A stretch of 20,081 nt of DNA, taken from NCBI GenBank assembly GCA_964493715.1, contig CAZBPC010000062.1, forward strand, positions 1-20,081, read 5' to 3'. Origin of the DNA: an uncultured archaeon. Lineage in GTDB: Archaea; Asgardarchaeota; Lokiarchaeia; Sigyniarchaeales; SOKP01. The notes under the pieces are model-generated. The model was given only the letters and a program-made list of their open reading frames with translations, was not told the origin of the DNA and searched no databases. A program made the position numbers and the translations under genes. Below, in pieces: positions 8,103 to 17,014 of the stretch (position 1 is the stretch's first letter; every line of letters starts with the position of its first letter).

Positions 8103-8942
8103 ATGGCTAAAAAAGTATATAAAAGTACGATTGAATCTACTATGCTAGGTCCCTTATATGCAAGGGCTAAATATGGAGCAATTTATTCCGACATTTTGAA
8201 GGACCCTCAAGCGGAAATTCTTCTCAAGCAAGTTTATGAAATGTATCCGAATCAGCAAGAAGAATTTGCAATGCTGGAAAAATTTATGGATGAATTTGCA
8301 AGTTTAAATTTTTTGTATCGTGCGAGAAAATTCGATGATGAAATTGGGAATTTCAAGTTTGATCATCCTTCCGCCACAATTATTAATCTCGGTTGTGGTT
8401 TAGATACATCAGATTCGCGAATAGGAGATATAAATCTGAAATGGTTTCAAATAGATTTACCCGATGGTATCGCGTTTCGAGAAAAGTTGATATCTCCAAT
8501 CCCAAACTCAAAGAATATTGCAAAATCAATTTTTGACTATAGCTGGTTCGAGGATATTGAATTTGATGAACAAACAGGGGTGTTAATACTTGCTGCAGGA
8601 TTATTTAATTATTTTCAAGAAAATCTATTGAAGGATCTCTGCAGGAATTTAGCAACCCATTTTACAGGAGGGACTCTTTTATTCGATATCCCCTCAGTAC
8701 TTTTAAAAAAAATACTTAATAGCAAATATAAAAGATTAGGATATCAAGGTGCAGACCACGAATTCGGATTAGGCAACCCCAAAGCAATTCTGAAATGGTC
8801 TAATAAAATAAAGGCAATATATTGTACTATCTTTTTTAAAAGATTAGATTTGAATCCAAAATGGAATAAAAGAACTCGCTTTCTCATGAAACTTTTTCGA
8901 ACACTAAAATTTTATAAGCTCGTGAAGGTGGAATTTAAATAA
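8103..8942 (+). CDS. Class I SAM-dependent methyltransferase, leucine carboxyl methyltransferase (LCM)/TcmP-like family
   Basis: TMLGPLYARA, RARKFD, IINLGCGLDT (SAM motif I), WFQIDLPDGIAFREKL, SIFDYSW and AAGLFNYF. Confidence 0.85.
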   Translation: MAKKVYKSTIESTMLGPLYARAKYGAIYSDILKDPQAEILLKQVYEMYPNQQEEFAMLEKFMDEFASLNFLYRARKFDDEIGNFKFDHPSATIINLGCGLDTSDSRIGDINLKWFQIDLPDGIAFREKLISPIPNSKNIAKSIFDYSWFEDIEFDEQTGVLILAAGLFNYFQENLLKDLCRNLATHFTGGTLLFDIPSVLLKKILNSKYKRLGYQGADHEFGLGNPKAILKWSNKIKAIYCTIFFKRLDLNPKWNKRTRFLMKLFRTLKFYKLVKVEFK

Positions 8943-9217
8943 TAATCAACTATCATAATTATTTATCATCCTATGAAGCGCTAAAAAATAACAGAAGTTA
9001 ATCGAAATACTGGTGAGAACTATTAGAAATACTTTATTAATTTAATTAAGCGTTGCATCATAAAGATGATGATTGGAATTAAGGGCATGTAAAAATCCTT
9101 TTAAATTTCTATTACATGGGTAGAGTAAAACAGAGATCTCTGCATAAAACAGAGATAAAATTCAAATAATTAAATTTAAAATGTAATAACCATTCAAAAT
9201 ATCTTAGAAGAGCCCAA

Positions 9218-10306
9218 ATGAAAGATATGAGAATTATAACTATTATAGGCACGCGTCCCGAAATAATTCGTCTGTGCTTAATCATAAAAAAATTAGATCG
9301 AATGAATGATCATATTTTAATACACACGGGACAAAATTTTGATTTTAACTTAAATGAGGTATTTTTCAAAGAACTTGACCTTCGCCAACCTGATTATTAT
9401 TTGGGTGCAGAAGCAGTATCTTTTGGACAACAAGTATCGATAATACTAAGAGAGATCGAAAAATTATTGCTTGAGTTAAAACCAGATAAGATATTAATAT
9501 TAGGTGACACAAATAGTGGACTATCAGCGATAGTTGCAGAGAGATTAATGATTCCCGTTTATCACATGGAAGCGGGAAACCGTTGTTACGATTTAAAAGT
9601 ACCTGAAGAGAAAAATAGGAAAATAATAGATTCAATATCATCTTTTGCCATCCCATATACTACGAATAGCAGAGAAAACCTTCTTAAAGAAGGAATTGAA
9701 AAAAGTCGCATCTATACATCGGGAAATCCCATTTATGAAGTGTTAATGGAATATAAAGACAAAATTGATGGAAGTAATATTTTGAATAAACTAAATCTGA
9801 AACCTCAAGAATATTTTTTGGTGACAGCTCATCGTGCTGAGAATGTAGACATCAAAGAACGATTACAATCCATTATTGATGGATTAGAATTAGTTACAAA
9901 TGAATTTAATATACCAATAATTTGTAGCATTCATCCACGAACAAAACAAAAAATAAAGGATTTTAAAATTCAGATAAGGAGTAAAAATATATTCCTGATG
10001 GAACCATTTGGCTTTTTTGATTTTGTTAAATTAGAAAAAAATGCTAAACTTGTTCTTACAGATAGTGGTACTGTTCAAGAGGAATGTTGTATTTTTAGAA
10101 TTCCTACAGTAACCATTCGGGATACTACTGAAAGACCGGAAACCGTCGAATGCGGCAGTAACATCATATCGGGTTTGAATAAGGATAATATCTTGAATTG
10201 TACAAAAATTATGTTGGCTGGTGATACTCAATGGCCTTTTCCCGATGGATATATTGATGATAGAGTTTCAGATAAAATCGTTAAGTATGTAAATGGGATA
10301 CTATAA
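9218..10306 (+). CDS. Non-hydrolysing UDP-N-acetylhexosamine 2-epimerase (WecB fold), FnlC/WbjD/QnlB subgroup
   Basis: GTRPEIIRL, HTGQNFDFNLNEVFF, LGDTNS, HMEAGNRCYD, PEEKNR, TDSGTVQEE and TERPE. The EIIRL, HTGQNxD and EAGNR variants are typical of the L-FucNAc/L-QuiNAc 2-epimerases. Confidence 0.88.
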   Translation: MKDMRIITIIGTRPEIIRLCLIIKKLDRMNDHILIHTGQNFDFNLNEVFFKELDLRQPDYYLGAEAVSFGQQVSIILREIEKLLLELKPDKILILGDTNSGLSAIVAERLMIPVYHMEAGNRCYDLKVPEEKNRKIIDSISSFAIPYTTNSRENLLKEGIEKSRIYTSGNPIYEVLMEYKDKIDGSNILNKLNLKPQEYFLVTAHRAENVDIKERLQSIIDGLELVTNEFNIPIICSIHPRTKQKIKDFKIQIRSKNIFLMEPFGFFDFVKLEKNAKLVLTDSGTVQEECCIFRIPTVTIRDTTERPETVECGSNIISGLNKDNILNCTKIMLAGDTQWPFPDGYIDDRVSDKIVKYVNGIL

Positions 10307-10364
10307 ATAATTCTTAAACATGAAATGTTGACATAATTTAATCAAAAGATGATAATTAGAGGCT

Positions 10365-11213
10365 TTGATAATTAAAAAAATTCTGATATTTGGATCTACA
10401 GGAATGGCAGGTCACGTAATAACAAGGTATCTCAAATCTATTAATAAATATGAAATTTTCGATGCTTCATTAAGCAAACTGCATGACAAAACAATTGAAA
10501 TAAATATCGAGAATAAAGAGTCAGTCATACTACTAATTAGGAAAATTAAACCCGATGTTGTAATCAATTGTATAGGTCTTCTGATAAAAGAATCATCTGA
10601 AAAATTGGCTTTAGCAATTTATATAAATAGTTATTTTCCCCATTTTCTAGCAGAATTGGGAATAGAGCTAAATTTTAAATTGATCCACCTAAGTACAGAT
10701 TGCGTATTTTCTGGCAAAAAAGGAAATTATTCCGAATATGATTTGAAAGACGGAGAAGATCATTATGCTAAAACGAAGGCATTAGGAGAAGTAATAAAAA
10801 ATAGAGATCTCACTTTCAGAACTTCAATTATTGGTCCTGAAATAAAGAAGAACGGGACTGGGCTTTTTCATTGGTTTATGATGCAGAAAGGACCGATAAA
10901 TGGTTTCACAAATGTATATTGGACTGGTGTAACCACTTTAGAGTTGGCGAAAGTTATTGATAAGGCAATCGATCAAGACCTATCTTCGCTTTATCATTTG
11001 GTACCTGATAAGAAAATCTCTAAATATGATTTATTGAAATTGATAAATGAAATTTGGAACAGAAATGTTGAGATTTCAAAATACGGAGAATATTCTAATG
11101 ATAAAAGCTTAATTAATAATAGAAATGATTTCGATTATAAAATCCCAAATTATCGGGAAATGTTGATTGAATTATATGAATGGATGAAGAACTGGGATTA
11201 TGAATTATATTAA
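10365..11213 (+). CDS. RmlD-like SDR sugar 4-reductase, QnlA/WbvR-like
   Basis: GSTGMAGH, INCIG, HLSTDCVFSGKKG, YAKTKALGE, RTSIIGPE and GVTTLELAK; adjacent to the FnlC/QnlB-type epimerase. The start may be TTG 10365, ATA 10368 or ATT 10371. Confidence 0.85.
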   Translation: MIIKKILIFGSTGMAGHVITRYLKSINKYEIFDASLSKLHDKTIEINIENKESVILLIRKIKPDVVINCIGLLIKESSEKLALAIYINSYFPHFLAELGIELNFKLIHLSTDCVFSGKKGNYSEYDLKDGEDHYAKTKALGEVIKNRDLTFRTSIIGPEIKKNGTGLFHWFMMQKGPINGFTNVYWTGVTTLELAKVIDKAIDQDLSSLYHLVPDKKISKYDLLKLINEIWNRNVEISKYGEYSNDKSLINNRNDFDYKIPNYREMLIELYEWMKNWDYELY

Positions 11214-11350
11214 TTCTCTTTTAACATAAAAAGATGTCAAATGGTTAATTGAAAAAGTTCTTTTTAATATTAATAATGAATATATTCATTCCCTTGAATT
11301 ATTATTTGACGAGATAAATTATTATAATAACACCTTAAAAGGAACAATTT

Positions 11351-12568
11351 ATGAATATTCTTGTATTACAAGAAACAGACTGGTTAACACGAGGCCCTCA
11401 TACACAACATCATGTCTTTGAAAACATTTCTTACAATATAAAAATTAAAGTTATTGTCTTAGATTATGATATTGATAAAATCCAGAAGTCTGAATCCGTC
11501 TTTATAAAAAAGCATATATATGAGAACATATCTCGTTCCACTGAAGCTTCTAATGTAAAAATCATAAGAACTTCTCATTTACAAATTCCATATCTAAGGA
11601 GAATCTCCTCCTTAATTACTAATTTTAAAGAAATTTTAAAAATAATCAGAAAAAATAAACCAGATATAATCGTTGGATTTTCAATGACTAATGGATTAAT
11701 TGGTTTGTTGTTAGCTAAACTTTTCAAAATACCATATATCTTTTATTATATTGATGTATTACATAAATTAGTTCCAATACCATATGTTCAGGAAATTGGA
11801 AGGATTGCAACTCGTTTTTGTTTAAAATTTGCTGACCGAGTCATAATTCAATCAAAATTTCATCAAGATTATGTAATAAATGAAGGTGCTAAACCAGAAA
11901 AGGTTAGAAATCTACCAGATGGTATAACATTAAAAAATATTTTAGTGGATAAAGCAAAATTAAACAATTTAAAATCAAAATTTTCTATTTCCGATGAGGA
12001 TTTTGTGATATTTTTTATGGGTTTCTTATATGATTTTGCTGGTCTGAAAGATATTGTAGATTTCTATAATAAAGAAGTTTTAGAAAAAAAGCTTAACTTA
12101 AAGTTTATTATTATAGGTGATGGTGGAGTTTATAAAAATCTAGTAGACCACATCCAAAAAATTGGAGCGAATTGGGTATATTTAGAAGGTAGAATCCCTT
12201 TTTTAGATATCACTGAATATATTGAACTTGCGGATTTATGTCTGATGAGTTTTGAAGTTAATGAGATAACACGAGAAATCATTCCTATCAAGATATTTGA
12301 ATATATGGCAATGAAAAAACCCGTTTTATCAAATAAATTGCCGGGTGTAGTTTACGAAATTGGAGAAAATAATGGTATTATATATGCAGATAATCAGAAA
12401 GCTTTAATAAGAAAAATAAGAGATCTTATCCTCATTAAGGGAGAATTGAGGAAAATTGGTCAAAAAGGTTTTGAAGTAGTCAAAAAAAAATATACCTGGA
12501 ACAAGATAATTAGTGATTTTAAAGATGTAATAATAGAATTACTTAGAGAAAAAAATAAAAAATCGTAG
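11351..12568 (+). CDS. GT4 family glycosyltransferase (GT-B fold)
   Basis: N-terminal MNILVLQETDW, then KPDIIVG, VIFFMG, IIIGDG and C-terminal PIKIFEYMAMKKPVLS. Confidence 0.88.
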   Translation: MNILVLQETDWLTRGPHTQHHVFENISYNIKIKVIVLDYDIDKIQKSESVFIKKHIYENISRSTEASNVKIIRTSHLQIPYLRRISSLITNFKEILKIIRKNKPDIIVGFSMTNGLIGLLLAKLFKIPYIFYYIDVLHKLVPIPYVQEIGRIATRFCLKFADRVIIQSKFHQDYVINEGAKPEKVRNLPDGITLKNILVDKAKLNNLKSKFSISDEDFVIFFMGFLYDFAGLKDIVDFYNKEVLEKKLNLKFIIIGDGGVYKNLVDHIQKIGANWVYLEGRIPFLDITEYIELADLCLMSFEVNEITREIIPIKIFEYMAMKKPVLSNKLPGVVYEIGENNGIIYADNQKALIRKIRDLILIKGELRKIGQKGFEVVKKKYTWNKIISDFKDVIIELLREKNKKS

Positions 12569-12576
12569 AGATCAAA

Positions 12577-13752
12577 ATGATTACAATTGGAAGATTAATT
12601 CCCACGTTTACTGGAAAGTCGGGTGGTCCCTATAATCATATTATGGAATTAACACCAGAACTAGAAAAACTAGGAGTTAATACCAAGGTTTTTACAACCT
12701 CTTATATATCACAAGTCGGCCGTAAGAGAACAGAATTTTTTGAGAAAAAAAGTGATTTCTTTTCTATTTACAGATTTAACTCGTTTCTAAAATTCAAAGA
12801 ATATAGAATTTCACTTGGATTGATCCCTTATTTACTTAAAGAGGCAAAGAACATTGACATTTTCCATTCGCATGCTTTAAGAAGTTTTCAAGAAGATATC
12901 GGCTCATTTGCATGCTTAATAAAAAAAACACCTTTAATTATCACAACACATGGAATAATTGGTATAAACTGGGATTATGGTGATAAAATTCCAAAAGTTC
13001 TGCATGATATCTCATTAGGATATCTCAAGAAAAAGTTCTTAAATGCCCACTACATAGCTGTCGCGAGAAATGAAATCCCCATTATTCAGAAATATGGTAT
13101 TGAAGATGATCATATTCACTATATACCGCATGGAATAAATACAGAACTATTTAAACCAACGAATTCAAATGATTTAGTAATGAAATATAATTTAGAAGGT
13201 AAAGATATAATATTATATGTGGGAAGAATAGCTAAGGGAAAAGGTGTTGATATTCTAATTAAACTTCTCAATCTTATAATTCACAAAAATAAAAATGTCA
13301 AACTTATTATCGTAGGTGAAGATTCTGGTTATTCCCAGATTGTTAATTCACTTATCCAGAAATATAACCTCTCTAAATACATTGTTTTTACGGGTTTTAT
13401 ACCAAAAATAAATTTACCACGCTATTACTCGATGGCAGATTTAGTGATATATCCTTCTAGGCAAGAGATTTTCGGGCATGTTATAACTGAAGCAGGAGCA
13501 TGCGAAAAAATAGTAATAGGTTCAGATATTATGGGTCCAAGTGAAATCATTGACAATCAAATTACAGGATATACATCAAATTTTGAAAATCTTGATGAAC
13601 TAAGCGAATTAGTTTTAGATTTACTAAAAGACAAGGAGAGATTAAAGGTTATGGGAAAAAGTGCTCGAAAAAGAGTGCAGTCCTTATACTCTTGGAAAAA
13701 GGCAGCCGAATCTCATTTAGATTTGTACAAATTGGTTTTAAATTCGAAATAG
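12577..13752 (+). CDS. GT4 family glycosyltransferase
   Basis: GGPYNH, DIFHSH, IITTHG, IPHGIN, YVGRIAKGKG and YPSRQEIFGHVITEA (EX7E motif). Confidence 0.9.
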   Translation: MITIGRLIPTFTGKSGGPYNHIMELTPELEKLGVNTKVFTTSYISQVGRKRTEFFEKKSDFFSIYRFNSFLKFKEYRISLGLIPYLLKEAKNIDIFHSHALRSFQEDIGSFACLIKKTPLIITTHGIIGINWDYGDKIPKVLHDISLGYLKKKFLNAHYIAVARNEIPIIQKYGIEDDHIHYIPHGINTELFKPTNSNDLVMKYNLEGKDIILYVGRIAKGKGVDILIKLLNLIIHKNKNVKLIIVGEDSGYSQIVNSLIQKYNLSKYIVFTGFIPKINLPRYYSMADLVIYPSRQEIFGHVITEAGACEKIVIGSDIMGPSEIIDNQITGYTSNFENLDELSELVLDLLKDKERLKVMGKSARKRVQSLYSWKKAAESHLDLYKLVLNSK

Positions 13753-13810
13753 ATTAAAAAGATATGCTAATTGTTAAACCTCAGGCTTTCTTAGAGTGTA
13801 TACTATTCAT

Positions 13811-13817
13811 AAAAAAA
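13811..13817 (-). terminator. Possible archaeal oligo-U intrinsic terminator of the minus-strand transcript
   Basis: A T7 tract on the minus strand begins 3 nt after the TAA stop at 13821, at the point where two operons converge. Confidence 0.4.
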
Positions 13818-13820
13818 CAT

Positions 13821-14963
13821 TTATAATTTTGATTTTAAGAAACTATAGATCTTATTTACTTCTATCTCTATGTCAAAATTCGTTAAAACTTTATTTTTCG
13901 CTTTTTCTAATAATTGTGGCAAAATGTTCTGATGATCTCTGTAGTAATTGAGTTGCTCTATTAAATCATTTTCATCATAGGGATTGAATAATAGACCATT
14001 TTCTTTATGATCTATAATATCTTGAGAACCTGAAACATTTGAAGCTATAACAAAAGTATTTGTTAAATTTGCCTCTAACAAGGTCATTGGAAATCCTTCC
14101 CCAAATGAGGGATGAATCAATACATCAATTTTCTTGTAAATATCAAATTTACTTTCCAAGAAACCCCAAAAAATAATATTTTTCTCCAAATTATTATCTG
14201 ATATATATTTCTTGATGTAAAGTTCTTCAGGACCTTTACCAAAAATAAACAATTTATCATTTGGATAATTAGATATATATTTAGAAAAACAATTTAATAG
14301 AAATCTTATATTTTTACTTTTTAATAACCTACCAAGAAAACCATAAACAATTTCTTTATGATCATCTTTCTTTACCTTTAAATATTCCTTGCTAGATATA
14401 CAATTGGGCATTTTAATTAGATTTCCCTTTGAAAAATGAAAGTTAATTAAATCTCTATAAATCTTTTCATTTATTGCTTGTATGTAAACAGTTTTTCTTC
14501 TTCTTACAATTTTAGTAAAAAATTTCATCCAAGCATAATAAGCAATCCTATAAATCAAAGATTGGGGTCTTGAGATGAATTCCTCTTTTTGAGCAGTCAT
14601 GAAGTCTGTCGGTGTAGTTAATAGTAGTGGTACATTAAAAAAATAGTTCATTAATAAAGGAGAAATTATATCATAATAATAGGAATGAATATTAATTACA
14701 TCTATAGGTTCTTTTTTATTAATTTTGACTAGTTCTTTGAAGCTTTTTATAAAAAAATATATCGTATTAATTTTACTACTCTTAAATTTTTGAATAATCT
14801 TTATTTTAACTCTATTAGTGGATGATTGATACTTAGAATATTTTGTTAAAAGTGTAATTTTTAAATCCTCTATTTTCTCATAAAGGGGTAAGAGCTCGAG
14901 TAGATGATTAGAGATACCTCCTACAACTAGATTTAATTCTTTATTTTCATGCGTGGTGTCCAT
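13821..14963 (-). CDS. GT4 family glycosyltransferase
   Basis: VVGGISNH, DVINIH, MPNCI, FLGRLLKSKN, IFGKGPE and HPSFGEGFPMTLLEA (EX7E motif). Confidence 0.9.
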   Translation of the reverse strand: MDTTHENKELNLVVGGISNHLLELLPLYEKIEDLKITLLTKYSKYQSSTNRVKIKIIQKFKSSKINTIYFFIKSFKELVKINKKEPIDVINIHSYYYDIISPLLMNYFFNVPLLLTTPTDFMTAQKEEFISRPQSLIYRIAYYAWMKFFTKIVRRRKTVYIQAINEKIYRDLINFHFSKGNLIKMPNCISSKEYLKVKKDDHKEIVYGFLGRLLKSKNIRFLLNCFSKYISNYPNDKLFIFGKGPEELYIKKYISDNNLEKNIIFWGFLESKFDIYKKIDVLIHPSFGEGFPMTLLEANLTNTFVIASNVSGSQDIIDHKENGLLFNPYDENDLIEQLNYYRDHQNILPQLLEKAKNKVLTNFDIEIEVNKIYSFLKSKL

Positions 14964-14993
14964 TATTATGCAAAGATGAATTTATACCACCAA

Positions 14994-15974
14994 TTAGGTT
15001 AATACCTTATGTTTAAAATAAATAAGATAATTGTTTAGTTTACCTATGATATAACTATTCTTAATCGCCTTAAGATATTTATCATTAAAATAACCGAAAG
15101 CAATCCAGACTCTATCATAGAATTTTAAGAATTTATCATTTAATACATAAAAAATATTTATATTTCTTTGAAAAAGTGATTCTTTCGTCTTAAAAACTCT
15201 CAATTGATATAAGGTTTCTCTTATTTTTACATTCAATGCTTCTGGATCATACTTTTTATATTTACCCCGAATATATACTAATCTCTTATATAATTTTTTA
15301 AAAAAGTCCGCATTGGTAAACATATCAATAGTGATGCTTGAGGAATGAGCCCTATATTTTACTAAAATCTGTTTCAAAATCAATATTGAATTGTCACGAT
15401 ATTTCAATACACGTAACCAATAATCAAAATCTTCCGAAGCTCTTAAGAAAGGCTCCTCATCAATCAATCCTACAGCTTCAATCGCAGTTCTTTTTATCAA
15501 TACAGTTGAATTTATTATGGGATTTTTCTTGTTGATAATTAAATCTCTAAAGGAAACTACTAAATCTTTCTTGATTGATAAATATTTACGATAAGGTTGC
15601 AGTGGAATTATAATTCCATTCGTTGCTAAAATTAGAATTTCCGCATTCTTTTGGAACTCATTTAGTTGTATTTCTAATTTTTGAGGAAACCAGACATCAT
15701 CCGAATCAAGAAATGCTATATATTCGCCTTTTGCAATCCTTATCCCATTATTTCTTCCTGATGCTGGAGTTCCAACGTGTTGCTGGTTTATATATTTAAT
15801 TCTTTTATCTTGAAAAGATTGAACAATCTCTTTGGTGTTATCTGTAGATCCATCATCAATAATTATGTATTCAAAATTGTGATATGTTTGGTTTAATACA
15901 GACTGAATGGTTTCTTTGAATAATTCGCCTCGATTATATGTAGGAGTAATCACACTAACTAAATTTTTTTCCAT
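14994..15974 (-). CDS. GT2 family glycosyltransferase (GT-A fold)
   Basis: VSVITPTYNR, IIDDGSTD, RNNGI, IAFLDSDD and SEDFDYWLR. The start is placed at ATG 15974 (MEKNLVSV; GTG 16022 is an alternative) rather than TTG 16064, because a TATA/BRE-like element lies at 16042-16056. Confidence 0.88.
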   Translation of the reverse strand: MEKNLVSVITPTYNRGELFKETIQSVLNQTYHNFEYIIIDDGSTDNTKEIVQSFQDKRIKYINQQHVGTPASGRNNGIRIAKGEYIAFLDSDDVWFPQKLEIQLNEFQKNAEILILATNGIIIPLQPYRKYLSIKKDLVVSFRDLIINKKNPIINSTVLIKRTAIEAVGLIDEEPFLRASEDFDYWLRVLKYRDNSILILKQILVKYRAHSSSITIDMFTNADFFKKLYKRLVYIRGKYKKYDPEALNVKIRETLYQLRVFKTKESLFQRNINIFYVLNDKFLKFYDRVWIAFGYFNDKYLKAIKNSYIIGKLNNYLIYFKHKVLT

Positions 15975-16041
15975 GATTATCGAATGATTTTCTTCGTTAT
16001 GAGCAATATCCTCTATATTCACATCATTGAATGTCGTATTT

Positions 16042-16056
16042 TTTATAAATTTTAGC
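16042..16056 (-). promoter_or_regulatory. Putative archaeal BRE-TATA promoter upstream of the GT2 gene
   Basis: The minus strand reads GCTAAAA-TTTATAAA, in the ~108-nt gap between the reductase stop (16083) and the GT2 ATG (15974). Confidence 0.45.
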
Positions 16057-16082
16057 GAAATCAACGACCACGTGCAACTGTT

Positions 16083-17000
16083 TTACTCTGCAAGCACGCA
16101 TTTTTTAATTCTACTAATTGATTCTTCCAATGAGATTGTCGGTTCCCAATTTAAAGCTTTAACTTTAGAGACATCCGCAACAATTTTAGGAATATCAAAT
16201 TTCTTGACGAAATTATTAGATTTTTGTATTCTTGTATCTTTAATACCAAAAATAACAAGAAATCGCTGTAATAAATCTTGTATTTTTATTGACTTCCCTG
16301 ACCCTATATTATAAACCTCTCCAGCCTGTCCCTTGGTCATTATCACTTCATAAGATCGGATTATATCTTCTATATCAATATAATCCCTTTCATTACCCAA
16401 ATCTCCTAAAGTTATATTTGTTTGCATTTTTGAGCATTCTTTAATTTGGGAGATAAGTCTACCAATAAACAAGTGCTCAGAAATCCCATAACCTATTGGA
16501 TTGAACGGTCTCGCAATATATACTTTAATATTATCTTTATTATGATAAGTTTTAGCTAAAAATGTTTGATACACTTTAGTTAATCCATAAATGCTAATTG
16601 GATTTAAAGATGTCTCCTCATTAACTAAACCATTTTCACTTTTAATAAAACCATATTCCGCAGCTGAGCCATTTATTAAAATTTGGCAATCTAATTCACA
16701 TTTTTTTATTGAATCAAAAATATTTTTTGTGATGATAACATTATTAAGAAAATCTATTTCAAATTCATTAGAAAAGCTTCCTGAAAAATTGTAAATTTCA
16801 TTTGGAGAAACAAGTTTTATTATTTTATTAATTTGGTTGAAATTCGTAGCATCACACTTAAAATAATTTTGTTTCGCAATCTCGTGAATATCAACCATAT
16901 ATAATTCTTTATCATTCTCTATTTTATGAGTATGATAATTAACATAGGACTTTCCAAAAAATCCCTCTGAACCTATAATTAATACTTTATTTTTTGTCAT
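16083..17000 (-). CDS. NAD(P)-dependent extended SDR, GDP-4-keto-6-deoxyhexose reductase (Rmd)-like
   Basis: GSEGFFG, GSAAEYG, PISIYGLTK, IARPFNPIG, LGDLGNERDYIDIEDI and GEVYNIGSG. Confidence 0.75.
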   Translation of the reverse strand: MTKNKVLIIGSEGFFGKSYVNYHTHKIENDKELYMVDIHEIAKQNYFKCDATNFNQINKIIKLVSPNEIYNFSGSFSNEFEIDFLNNVIITKNIFDSIKKCELDCQILINGSAAEYGFIKSENGLVNEETSLNPISIYGLTKVYQTFLAKTYHNKDNIKVYIARPFNPIGYGISEHLFIGRLISQIKECSKMQTNITLGDLGNERDYIDIEDIIRSYEVIMTKGQAGEVYNIGSGKSIKIQDLLQRFLVIFGIKDTRIQKSNNFVKKFDIPKIVADVSKVKALNWEPTISLEESISRIKKCVLAE

Positions 17001-17014
17001 TGTTATAGATGATT

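Noticed and set aside
16019-16027. Minimal ATG-ATG-TGA upstream ORF on the minus strand
   Set aside because: It probably lies at or upstream of the predicted transcription start and is easily produced by chance.
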